DNA of 64,000 bases from positions 61,692,001 through 61,756,000 of the forward strand of contig NC_086097.1 of the NCBI RefSeq assembly GCF_963921235.1, read 5' to 3'. The translations under genes and the position numbers were made by a program. Below the pieces are notes generated by a model. It searched no databases. It saw nothing but the letters and a program-made list of their open reading frames with translations, and was not told the origin of the DNA. Positions 34,420 to 46,854 of the stretch are shown here, one piece after another. Numbering within the stretch: the first letter of the stretch is position 1; each line of letters begins with the position of its first letter. The stretch is from Mobula hypostoma (lineage: Eukaryota).

Positions 34420-36205
34420 TCATTCCAAAGTAAAGTTATTGTTGATGTAAATGTCATTACATACGACCCTGAGATTCATTTTCAGGTGGGCCATCATAGC
34501 AGATGCAAAAAAAACACAATGGAGCCAATAAAAAAACGACACACAAAGATGGACAAGCAACTAATGTGAAACAGTAGACAAACTGCACAAAGATATGAAG
34601 AAAATAAAGAATAATAATTATTATTATATTATGACCGATCAGTTATTATGGATAGGATAATCCATAATAACCATCTGGATATAATAATACAGGATAAACA
34701 AGCAAGAACTATTTATTTAATAGATATAGCCATTCCAAACTTACAGAAATCAATAAGTGAAAAATACCAGAAATGCACTGAATTAAAAGAGGAAATTGAA
34801 AGACTTTGGAACCTGAGCAACCTCTACATTGAACCAATGGTGATATCTACAACTACACAATAGCATTAAATAATATAATCAGTGAAAGACTGCACCAACT
34901 TCAGTGTTCAACTAGTGTGTAAAAGACAAAAATTGTGCAAATACAATAGGAAAGAAATAATAGAAAATAAATAAGAAATAAATACTGGGAAACATAAGAT
35001 GAAGTTTCCTTAAAAGTGAGTCCAAATGTTGTGGGAACATCTCATTGTTGTGGGGCGAGTGAAGTTATCCCCTTTGGTTCAACAGCCTGGTGGACGAGGG
35101 GTAATAACTGTTTCTAAACCTGGTGGCATGAGTTCTGAGGCTTCTGAACCTTCTTCCTGATGGCAACAGTGAGAAGAGAGCATGTCCTGTGTGACGGGAG
35201 TCCCTGATGATGGATGTTGCTTTCCACAACAAAACTCAATGGTGGGGACATCTTTATCCATGATGGACTGGGCCATATCCATACTTATCGTAGGATTTTC
35301 CATTCAAGGGCATTGTTATTTCTATACCAAGCTGTGATGCAATCAGTCAATATACTCTCCACTACACATCTATATAAGTTTGTCAAAGTTTTGGATATCA
35401 TGCCAAGGAAGAAGAGATGCTACTGTGCTTTCTTTGTAATTGCATTTACATACTAGCCCAAGGACAGGTCCTTCAAAATGATAATGCCAAGGAATTTAAA
35501 GATGCTGGCTCTCTCCACCTTTGATCCCCCACTGGGACATGGCCCATGGATCTCTAGTTTGTTCTTCCTGAAGTTACTTATCAGCTCCTAGGTCTTATTG
35601 ACATTGAGTAAGAGGTTGTTTTTAAGACACTACTCAGCTAGATTTTCAATCTCCCTCATATAAGCTGATTCATATGGGCCTATGATAGTGGTGTCATCAG
35701 CAAACTTGGATATTGCTTTGAAGCTGTCCTTAATCATACGGTAATACATGTAAGTCGAGTAGAGGAGAGGCTAAGCACACAGCTTTGTGTTGTACCTATG
35801 CTGATGAAGATCATGGAGGAGATGTTGTTAATCCAAATTGATTGGGGTCTACAAGTGAGGAAATTGAGGATCCATTTGGCCAAAGGGGTATTGAGGCCAA
35901 GGTCTTGTAGATTATTGATTAGTTTTGAGTGGATAATGGTATTGAATGTCAAACTATAGTTGATGTATGAGCCTTTGCTGTCCAAATATTCAAGGGTTGA
36001 GTGAAGAGTCAATAAGTTGGCATCTGCTGTGAACCTTTTGCTCCAGTAGGCAAATTGGAGCAGATCCAAGTTGTTTCTCAGGCAGTAGTTGATAGGTTTC
36101 ATCACCAATCTCTCAAAGCACTTTATCACTGTGGATGTAAGTGCTACTGAATAATAGTCATTAAGGCTTGTTACCATGTTCTTCTTAGGCACTGATATAA
36201 TTGAA
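34420..36205 (-). mobile_element. Rex1/Babar LINE (RT region and 3' end, decayed)
   Basis: PKKNMVTSLNDYYSVALTSTVIKCFERLV..DLLQFAY..TADA (35734..36192), with KFADDTTI nearby; 3' tail similar to 21929/24989. Confidence 0.88.
34620..34870 (+). mobile_element. R4/Dong-type non-LTR retrotransposon fragment (restriction-like endonuclease region)
   Basis: YYDRSVIMDRIIHNNHLDIIIQDK..IYLIDIAIP..EKYQKCTELKEEIERLW resembles the RLE motif (RPD..D..P..K..KY); sits next to a TAA-rich tract. Confidence 0.7.
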
Positions 36206-36379
36206 GCCTGCTTGACTTCAACTTAGACTTCCTTAGACTTCGGAAGCAGTTTCCTTATACATGTTCTCCTTAAGTATTTCACTATTCATCCTTTACACAT
36301 GACCTCTATAGTAGTTGAGGTCTCACCCATCCTACGTAGAAAATACTTGCAGTGTTCTACATTAGCAATGTCCAACATG

Positions 36380-36648
36380 GTTTTGCAATCACAATAAAAA
36401 TGCCTAAGGCAATCACTCACACTGTGCACCCTCTCAACACAACAATGTTACACAACAAGTCTAGGCAACAACTCAGAAACGGTAAGCCCAACTCTGTCAC
36501 TATCGAGCAACTCACTAATGGAATAGTCCTGCAGTACTTGATGTTCCTAGTATCCAGCAGTGTCTTGCAATCATAAAAAAAATGTAAAGGAACAAACACA
36601 TCTTTGATTGGCTCAGAGTGGCGCCTGTGACCAAGTGCGCCACCATCT
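36380..36648 (-). mobile_element. 5' part of a non-autonomous SINE/LINE-like repeat
   Basis: Homologous to 45095-45290; minus strand starts aagatggtggcgc. Confidence 0.6.
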
Positions 36649-38096
36649 TATGATATTGAGAACATCTAATCATTTTGCCTCTCCTTGTTCTTCCTTGCAA
36701 AATTTAATTGTGCATTTATCTGCATACCAGTGGTCTTTTGTCTGCCCATTCCACCAAACTATTTATTGCTTCTCCTGAGCTCCATTATCATTTTCCTGAC
36801 AGGTTGCTGTGCTTCCAAATTTCTCCATAGTACTATCAATTATTGCCTATCCCGTTACTTCCTGAAGCCATAGTGAATGTTAGACCATAGCTGCTCTCTG
36901 TGAATAAGAATGGTTTGCCAACTGTTTATAATCAGAACCCCGTCCGACTCATCACCCCCTTTGCGCTTGATCCTTGATAGGGACAGCTTCCTTAGTCTAC
37001 CCTCTGTAAACCAATCATTATTTTGTAGTTCATTCAGAATCAAAAGCTAACATTACTGAAGCGTTACTTTAGACATGGAAATATATATATTTTTTGATAG
37101 ATGTTTGATATAACCTTCATCTCACTAGCATTTTAAACATACTCCAAAAGTCAGAATTTGCTATTTCATTACTGTAAAATTCACTTTTGGTTTTGAACTC
37201 ACACTTTGACCCACTCGTTATTTTTACTCAGAAATGTAATTCTCTTCTCCAAGGACAAATCTGTAAAAAAGAATACAAAGGAAACAGAAGGCAATTGGCT
37301 TTTGTTAAAAAAGGAGACTTGGGTAACGTCACTTACCTTCAAGGACAGATGAAAAAGATTTCTTTGAACCATCATATAGGCTCTAATTCCAATACAATCA
37401 AAAGCCATTTGAAGAGAATGGCTTTAGATTTCATTGCTGAAATCACGCAGACCATCAGAATTCTTAACAATCAAGTTTCTTTCTTTGTTGTGGTTGTCTA
37501 TTTCATTTTAATTTTTCTTCAGCTGAAAACATCTAACCTCCACTCTGAGTGTTCATTCATATTACAGTTAATTGCTCTCACCATTTCATGTCTCCGTTAT
37601 TCTTCACTGAAGAATACATTTTGTATGCAGAACATAACAATATAGGAGTTACTATGATAACTACGTACTATCTCTTTTCAAGAAAGTCATTCCATCTATC
37701 AAACTCATTTTGCACTTTCTAAAAAGGCCTCAGATTACACGTAAATGCCAAAAAATGTAAGATGTTATTTAATTACAGGTAGCCAGTGCTCAGAGAATGT
37801 TGGTTTTTATTTTCTTTTTCTTAAATTACAGCATTGCAAAGCTGAGGATGAACAGAAAATTCAAAAAGCTTTAATTCAGAATAATATCCAAAAGTGTGTG
37901 CAGATCTAGAAAAAAAGGCAAATTATAATTTCACATAAAATTATTACAACAATAATGTTGGCAAAAGCACATATTTCTAAATAGCTATTCATTACTAAAG
38001 ATTATATAGGGATATTAGCCAAGGATAATGAGAGAACCTCTTCTTCATTCACTAAAGGTTGTGCATAATTAGATAGGTTTAAATTATTCATTGCCT

Positions 38097-38196
38097 CCAG
38101 TCTTGATGCAGGATTTCATCTGGAAATATTGATAATTCGTTTCATCCTGTAGATATGTTCAACCTGTTGAGTTCTTCCAGCAGATTGTTTGTTGCT
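38097..38196 (+). repeat. Old Penelope terminal-repeat copy
   Basis: ccagtc-ttgatgc...gaaat...agat...cctgttgagttcttccagcag, similar to 26287 and 28826. Confidence 0.6.
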
Positions 38197-39514
38197 CTCA
38201 CTTATTGTGTCCTCCTGGGCCATTATCTTTCTACTCACAACCTTCCTCATAAAAATAAAGACAGTGACAGTGCAGTTGACTCTGGGTGGTTTTTGTAGCT
38301 TGATCAACGGTGATGCCCATTGTGACACCTCTGGTTCGGATGCTGGTCTGCTGATGAGAGTCTGGTCACCCACACTTTTATGAAGAACTTGCAAGAGGGA
38401 CGGTGTTGCTCTCCTCAGATTAGTAGAGAGTGTCTCAACAAATCAGGCAGCTGCAATGACCTGAGATAGCAAAGCGCAGGTGACAATAATATAGGGCTAC
38501 TAGTAATAGAGGAAAAAAAAACTTCTTGACTAAATCATGGATATTGAGGCTCCTCAAAAATGCATTTCAGGAGTCTTATACCATCCTGGTTGGCCTTGCA
38601 TATTTATCAGTGAAGCCAAAGCACAACGGTTAATTTTAAATGAGATTCTTCACTTCTAATATCTGACACTAATTGGTCATTAGTGGAGCAGGACAAAAGA
38701 CAAAATGTGATTACTTATTGTTGTAATATACTTCAAGTGGAAGAAAGTGAAATTGGGCAGAGGAATTGATCTGATGTATCATAAACATGCTTGTTCAATG
38801 CATTTGCAATTCTATCACACATAGTGATGAGAGAGTTCTTCACCTTCGTTAGACCTTACACATCATTGATTATGTTTCTCCCCGTAATACACGGTGAAGC
38901 AATAGGTCAGATTTGTTTCTGAGCAGAAGCTGCTGTTATTTGAGTTGCCATCAGCAAAGGAGTCCGTGGACAGATAAAAAAAATAAGCTGAATACTTGCA
39001 AAATTCTAGCAGTATGGCAGCTCTTTTCTGCTGACCTTGAGAACAGATGGTAAGTCGTTGCTTAGAAGTCAAGATTATACTTGAATCCAAAATATAACTA
39101 GAATTCACTTTTAATATTTATATCAAGCATAAATATAGTGGTGACTTTGAGACCCTCATTTATTTAATTTATCTCGTACTTTTACAACAGAAAACAGTTC
39201 TTCCTAATGTTGTAAGCAAACAAAAGGAGACATTAGGAATGTTAGCAAAATATTGTTAAGATCTTTAAGTTTTAAAATAGGCCTTGATGAAGGCATGGAT
39301 ATTTAGTTGCAGAGAGGAAATGCTCACTTGAGGCTGTGTTGCTTACATGGTGGAGTAAAAAGAAACAGTTTCTGTAAAAAAGCCGATGCTGGAGGAATAG
39401 AGAGCATCAATGCTGTAAGTAAATGGGTATGGTTAGTACGTCAAATGAAAACCAGAAGGATTTATATATGAAGATAATTGTTTTCCATCTGAAGGTTAGT
39501 AGGTGAACTTGATA

Positions 39515-40230
39515 GGATAGAATCATTAACTGGCTACAGCACAGAAAGATCCAATTTACTCCAACCTGCCTGCAATAGCTTTCTACTGGAACAACTCACA
39601 AGTTCCTCTCTGTAACTTCTTCAGCCTTTCAAAATTTTCCTCACTACATACCTATCCAGTTCCCACTAGAAGGCCATGATGAAGCCCAATTCTACTCCAT
39701 CACCAGGCGTTGTTTTCCCTATTCCAAGCAGATACTGTATAATACCATTTATCTTTAAATCATAATTAATTCTCTTCTTCTTTATTTTATACCTGTGAGA
39801 TTGTCCCTTCCATTCATGGCAACAGCCTCACACCATCAACTCTGTTCGAACCTCCCATCATGTTTATATACTTCCGTTAGATTTCCCCTCAGCCTTCCTT
39901 TCTCTAAAGAAAACAGATGCAGTCCTTCCAATCTACACTCACAAATTCTGTTCTTCATTCCTGGGACCATTCTTCTGGACATTCTCCAGTGGCTGCATAT
40001 CAATCCTACCAGAAATACTCTAGATGAGACAGGAGCAGCATTTTAAAATGACTTTGCAGCTTTTAAATCAAATGGCTTTATGGATTAAACTTAGAATTGT
40101 GCATGCATAATTAACTACTTTCTCAGCCAACCCTGCCATTTTCTTGAATTATATACCTTTTCTCCCAGGTCCCACTGCTCCTGAACCATTTTCAGAGTAA
40201 TACCTTTACTGCCTTACTGCCTCTCCTCAT
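39515..40230 (-). mobile_element. Old CR1 LINE 3' fragment
   Basis: atagaatcat...ctacagcacagaaag tail and degenerate cccctcagccttcctttctctaaagaaaac, typical of reverse-strand CR1 ends. Confidence 0.55.
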
Positions 40231-40659
40231 AAGATGTACAGGAGATATTTCACCTTGCAGAGAGAACAAAACTCCAAATCATAAATATTAGAAACTCAAA
40301 AAATAATAGGAAATTCAGATTAAATTTGTTTACCCTGAAAGCAGTTTTAATACTGGATTTATTACCACGTGGAGTAATTAAGGTGATGCATTTAGAGGAA
40401 AAATTGATAAAAACAAGGATAGAACAGCAGGTAATGTTACTAATTCTAACATGCCTGCAAGCATTAGAGGAACAACTGTAGGGTGGTTGACTGCATAATA
40501 AACGTTAAATATTACCTGCCTTCCTCCGGTGCCAAGAATAGTGACATAGCTTCATCACCACCAAGCTGAAAAATGGTAATAGTCTCCTCCTTATCCAGAG
40601 GTGCAGCTCACCAGAAATTCCTATTGGGAGTCTAAGTAACTGTTAAAATAACTGAAATT

Positions 40660-40843
40660 CAAAAAAAACTTCAGATGCTGGAAATCTGAAATAAACCAGA
40701 AAATGTCGAAAATACGCAGCAAATCAGGCTATTTCTCTGGGCAGAGAAGTAGATGTAGTATTTCAGGTTGAAGATCATTCATCAGAACATCTTTCCACTG
40801 ATGTCGCTTGAGCTGCTGAGCATTTTCAACATTTTTTTGTTTA
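40660..40843. repeat. Old fold-back Penelope terminal-repeat insertion
   Basis: Inverted arms (aaaatgtcgaaaatacgcagcaaatcagg and gcttgagctgctgagcattttcaacatttt). The minus strand keeps CTGATGA-14nt-GAAA near 40761-40785. Confidence 0.65.
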
Positions 40844-43800
40844 ATCTAAACAAAAATGACCCAAGACACCTGGCTGAGTACAGTAACCAAGTACAATATT
40901 AAAACTGGGGAACATCTTTAGTTGTGAGTATGTAAAAATCAGAAAATATTTAATTTCTGAGTATTGAAGACTTGCCTTACAATGCAAATGACCAATAAAA
41001 TCACCAAGAAAGTAAAATAAATCTACCCACAGCCAGATAATTAAGCCGCAGAACCAAACTGAGCACTTGGCCTCTATCAGTATCTAAGAATGTGGCATTG
41101 ATTAGACATGATTCAAGAGATGACAAGGAATCTTTTTCTGAACATCCAGCAAATAATTAAACAAAACTGCGATTAGGTTATGCAAATTGAAGGCAGAACA
41201 AATCAGTTAGGAAAGATCCCAATCTGATATCTTTGTGTTTGATTTTGATTACAGCAAGGTTCACAGTGCAGTTGACAGAGCCAAGTGACCAATTGTTAAC
41301 CAGTATTAGCACTCCTACTTTTCTTTCCCAAAGAAAGACAGGATGTAGTCTATTTTAAGCATTCCTATAAGTGGGAGAGAAGCTACTCAGAATGTCAAAT
41401 ATCTATTGCCAAATTGAACATTTTAACTCTGTTACTAAATCAAACTGCAGACCGTAAATTCACTCAAGTTAAGCATGCATATATAGCGATGTCTGCAATT
41501 TTACACCATTTCTATTATTTCTGGATCATAGATTCATCTCCAGTGGTTGAGTTGGACGGATTGAGATCACAGAGGTCAAACTTGGAATGGAATGAAGACT
41601 TAAAGGTACATGCTGATGAAAATGGATTTCTACCCCATGAGTTGTTATACATTTATAAAAAAAATCTCCTACAGAATCAGAATCTTGTAATACAACTATC
41701 AGAAGGCTTATCTCCTTTTGATTATACCTGATTTTCCAAATTACTTTGTTAACCCCTAGTAGTGCTGAGCCTTTCAGTGCCATGGAGAGGAAATTTTATC
41801 AGTAAGTATATATTTGCTTCAAGAAAGGTCCAAAGACAAGGAAAGAAAAAAAAATTTGTAACTTGCTTTTAATTTTGTGCTTTTTATAGAAGAAGGTGCA
41901 CTGATATTATATGAAATAATATTGTGCCATGTACTGTGAACTATTGTTCTTACATTTATCAGATCTATTACAGAAATGCTCTGAGCTATTCTGCAGCTAA
42001 TTATTGACTGACTATGAATGAATGCAAACCCATAATAATAGAACAATTAAAAATAAATTGATTAAGCATATCTAATGACCAACTCTTTCAGATATTTTAC
42101 TAAAATTTTATATCAGAAATCGATTCAGGTTTTGAGTGATGAATGGAAGTGGTGTCTTAGCATTACATTAAAAATGCTTACATTGTTGCTCCCTTATACT
42201 TAATAACTGAAACTGCACAAGTAGAAAACTACATACCATCACTGCTGATTTTCCTTCAGCTTAGCTCTTTTGGTTTCACTTGTCACTGAAAGTAGATGTG
42301 TCATATAGCAAATGAAATGCTCTGCTAATTAACATCATATTTCCCTCTTATTCTTTCTCCTCATTTTTTGAATTGGTTTATCAAAGTAAGGCTGGAGGAT
42401 TTTAACAGAAAAGACAGCCATATCAGCACCAAAGCATACATTTATAGCATACAATTATAAGGTAACTAGAATATAGTTAATTATCCCAGTGCCCTACACA
42501 AGTGTCAGCAAATTTCACAGAAGCTTCATAAATAAAAACTTGATCAAATTACTAGGATTTAAGGGGTACCTATAAAAAGGGTGAAGAAAGGGGTTTACTT
42601 AGTTGCCATTAGACATAAAGTAGATAAGGACAAGACTGTGAATGGTGGACCAGTAATTAAGATGTCTGAATTGGAGCGCAGTGACACAAAGGGATTGTTC
42701 TTTTGAATAAGGCATGTGGCCTCAGATGGGCATGAACACAAACGTCACTGTTTTAAGTTTGAAGTATTGTCTGTTGGGAGCCAATATTGGTAAATGACAG
42801 AGAGATGATTGATGTCAGATGCACAGAACTTGTTGACTTAAGTAACAGGTAGCTAGTTTTAGGAAGAAGTCAAGTTTGGGAGAAGTAGTAGGTGGGAAGT
42901 TAACCAGAAGTATATTGGAATTGCTGAGACTAAAGTCAGTAAGGACATGGTTATATATTTAGGAGCAAATAGGTACAAGCTAGAACAAAGTTATCCACCC
43001 TTATAGAAATGGAAGCAATGGTGTTGGTGATGAGAGGATATAGCATCAGCTCAAGTCAGTTAAAACATTGATGCCCTGATCCAGTTTCAGAACAGAGAAG
43101 TGAGGTTTATCAGCAGCTAGGGAGCAGAATGTGTGACAAAAACTAAAGGCTTGCATCTGCATTCCCAATGGAAAATATTAAATATATTTAATTAGAACAT
43201 TACATACATCTTTTGTCATATTATATCATTCTGGACTGTATAAGGCTATTGTAATTATGGTAAGCATGTTGGTGCCATGACATGTTGTGGGATAGCAGTA
43301 ATCCAGAAAAGTAGTCCACCTTCAATATAATTATTCAACATATGCACATTACCACAAATATTCATTGCAATATAATTGAAAGAAATCCCCATAACACTGA
43401 AAGGAACAAACAAAGTGACAATACATCACAACAAGTGCACACGAGTCCTCTTCCCATCAAAATACTTAAGCCTCATTAATCTGTTATATGACAAACTTTG
43501 ATGAAATCACAGGTAGACAAAATTTCAATAAAACTTTCCTTTCCAGAAAAGTATAATTAGTATTTTCTGCACTATTGAACTTTAATTACCACAGCACATG
43601 AATAGGTTATTTGAATTTACCAATCATCATTTGCAATCGGTATTCTACCCATGTGCTGTGAATGCAGGTGGTTCATTATAACTTTTAATTTTGGGTTTGA
43701 GCCACATCTGCTCAGCTATTGTTCATAAGTCAGGGATATCTCCAGGGAACGCAGATTCCTTGTATGAAACAAGTGTCTGGCAGTAACTAAATCTGTTACA

Positions 43801-44284
43801 CTCAGCTTTGCTGATTTACTGAATGATGCACAATTGTCAACGTGGCCTATCACGTTGTGGTTTTTGAGTATTGCTTAATATACATAGTAATAAATAGGCT
43901 AGAAACTATATTTGGGATCAATACCAGATTGTGCCAAGAATTTGTTCTAGCTCATCCTGATTGCTCAGTTTAACGTTGACAAAAAAATCATTAGAAATTC
44001 TGAAGGCACTGAATAAGTTGAGTTTCCAATGACTTTCTATGAAGGTAGCTGCACAAGGCAACTAGAAAGGAAATTTCTTCCATTTTAGAATAGATATTGC
44101 ATCATTTAAAATGCATAAATTATTACTGCTTCTCATGTAACAGGGAGAATGAATAGACATCTCTGGAGAGAGGTATTTCAGGAAAATAAGCGTCCCATGT
44201 GTAATGTCAGGCTGAATAGTTATATTCTGACTGGTCTAAATGATCACAATCCACATTCGATGAAATATTCTCTCAGCATCATCA

Positions 44285-45290
44285 TTCAAGTGCAAGTTCA
44301 AGTTCACGTTTAATGAGTATTCAACTGTACATGAATGTACCATTCACTGTTCCTCCAGGGCCAAGGTGCAAAACACATTAACAGCAGCACACTACACATA
44401 GCACATAGCACAAACAGCACAAATGGCATGTATGGTTATGATTTCAGAAAAACATAGTCATGAAGGAAAAAAAATAATTTTGCCCGAGTCCCTGAATGGG
44501 ATGACTTTAGAAATGATGGTAAGTTGCTTGATTTTCCACTGAGCAAACACTGGAGAGCAGCACTGATGGAAGATGCCAGCCCCCAACACAAATATGTATT
44601 CCAACCTGCCCCACAAAGGCACTCACGCACTGCCTCGGCATTTCCTCTCTTGGTCAGCAGCCACAGGCAAGGCGGCGGCTAGGGCTTAGCCCTTGCCACA
44701 ACTGAGGCAACGCAACTCCCTTGCTGTCAGTCTCACAGATGAACCAGTGAACTGGACTTGCAGAATTCTATGTTACTGATGTCCTACAGGATCTTGGGAT
44801 CACAAAAACAATCCCTCAGGCCTTTTAAAAATGCAAACAACAGGAATACTGCAGATGCCGGAAATTCAAGCAACACACATCAAAGTTGCTGGTGAACACA
44901 GCAGGCCAGGCAGCATCTCCTAGAGATACTGCCTGGGACTGTACCTCTTCCTAGAGATGCTGCCTGGGACTGTACCTCTTCCTAGAGATGCTGCCTGGCC
45001 TGCTGCATTCACCAGCAACTTTGATGTGTGTTGCCTCAGGCCTTTTTCCTGGACCGGTCACCAGCTTGGCACAACAGTACATGGCAAATCCAGGTGACAA
45101 CACAACAATGGTACATAATAAGTCCAGCTCTATCACTTTCAAGCAACTCGCTGATGGGATAACCCTGCAGAGCTTGATGTTCTTAGTTTACAGCTGTGAC
45201 TTGTGATCATAAAAAAGACATACAAGACAAACAGATACACCTCTGATTAGACCCAGAATTGCCTCTGCGTCTGAGTGTGCTGCCATCTTA
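44285..45290 (-). mobile_element. About 0.8-kb non-autonomous SINE/LINE-like element, interrupted by the 44827 insertion
   Basis: (CTTGAA)n-like tail at 44285-44305, 5' end aagatggcagcacac, homology to 36380-36648. Confidence 0.6.
44827..45033. mobile_element. Fold-back Penelope terminal-repeat insertion with internal 31-bp tandem
   Basis: 13-bp TSD cctcaggcctttt (44814-44826 and 45034-45046), 49-bp inverted arms 44871-44919 and 44985-45033 (2 mismatches), central 31-bp units. Confidence 0.92.
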
Positions 45291-45479
45291 CTCTAATCTC
45301 TCAGGTGATAGTAAAAGAAATCTCATCTAAAGAAGTACAGAAGAGACTTTGGTGATCCAAGCAATATGTTCCCTTCATCCAATTTCACTGAAATAGATGA
45401 ACAGGCCTTGATGTTGTTTACAGAACGTTGCTGCATACAAATAATTGGCTGTCACAATCCCTATAATAGTGACAAACCT

Positions 45480-45970
45480 CTATAGAGTCATAGATCAATA
45501 TACAGTACAGCACAGATACTGGCCTTTTGGTCCAACAAATCCATGTCAAGCAGTTTGCACTCAGCTAATCCAAACTTCCCTCTTCACCCCCTACCCCATC
45601 TATGGACATATCTAAGTGCTTCTTAAATTGTACTATTGTACTTTCCTCAACCACTTCTGTCAGCTTGTTGCATATACTCACCCTCACCACCCTCTATGTT
45701 AAAGCATTGCCCCTCACATTATTTTCTCTCTTCTCACTTAATCTATCACTATCACATCCCCTCCCCTCCCTCTAGTTTTCAACTCCCCTAATTTTTGGAA
45801 AAAGACTGTTTCTGTCCTCCTTATCTATGCCTCTCAAAATTTTGAATATTTCTATGAGGTCACCTCTCATTCTTGTTCCAAGAGATAAAGACTCAACCTG
45901 GCCAAACTCTCCTTATAACCCAGCCACCTCTGGTCCCAACAACGTTCTCATAAATCTTTTCTGCACTTCT
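45480..45970 (-). mobile_element. Old CR1 LINE 3' fragment
   Basis: atagagtcatag...tacagcacagatactggcc tail and gtcacctctcattct (RMRGD on the minus strand). Confidence 0.7.
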
Positions 45971-46854
45971 TCCTGAGGTTCTGAAACACACTTTATAAAT
46001 ACAAGCCATTTCATCACTTATAATACTGCTAAATGGGTGAAATTAAATATTTGAAAAAGCTACGTTAATATGCCATTCATTTGTCAAAATTAGTATTTAT
46101 AAAAATGCAGTTGATTAATTATAACTATTAATTTTAGTTCTGAGGCAGTTATCTTTCACCTCAGTTCTTAAGTTGGAGACAAGAATCAGTGAATATCTCC
46201 AGAGGGAAGGACATGGAAACTAGTAAGTTCAGCAAAGCAACAGTGATATCCTGGAGCACGTCAACATTACAAAGAAGGAGGTGCCGGAGATCTTGAAACA
46301 TAATCTGGTTCCCATAGCATCCTAGGATATACTTGGTCAGTCCCTGGGACTTAATATATTGGAAATCCCTCAGATAAAGCACTAAGCCTAACCAGGTGTA
46401 TCCTTGGATATTACAGAAAGAAAGGGAAGGGATTGCTGGGACTTTGGTGTAGAGAGTTAGGTTGATCAGATCCAAACTATCTGAGTGTCCAGGAGATGTG
46501 GTAATAAGCATACTAACACAACAAAGTAACCAACCTAACTAATTATTATAGAATAGAAAGGCCCAGATAAACCACACAAAATACTATATGTATTCACAAA
46601 AGATAGCAGGGCCCATGATTCTTAGTCACCACTTGATTGTTGCTGTTGTTAGTGGATCCCCAAATTCCAACTCACTCATGAAACCATCCCTGGGTTGTTG
46701 GCACTGATCACAATTTCTGGCCCTTATTTCAAGCCTGATGAAATCAGGAAAGGTACACCAATAAATAGAAATATCACAGGCATGGAGAGACACACACAGA
46801 GACAAACAAAGTCTTTCAACTTTAGACCCATGACTTTTTCAAATATATCCTCTG

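Noticed and set aside
37187..37645. 152-aa plus-strand ORF, and similar ORFs at 3437, 41414, 53610 and 63345, as host genes
   Set aside because: Most have non-ATG starts, none has a recognisable domain, and the composition is typical of AT-rich non-coding or LTR sequence.
42550..43160. Possible ancient L2 LINE remnant
   Set aside because: Purine-rich and suggestive, but too degenerate to support any motif by eye.
44920..44998. 31-bp repeats as a CRISPR-like array
   Set aside because: The units are directly adjacent with no spacers, in a eukaryotic retroelement context, with no cas genes.
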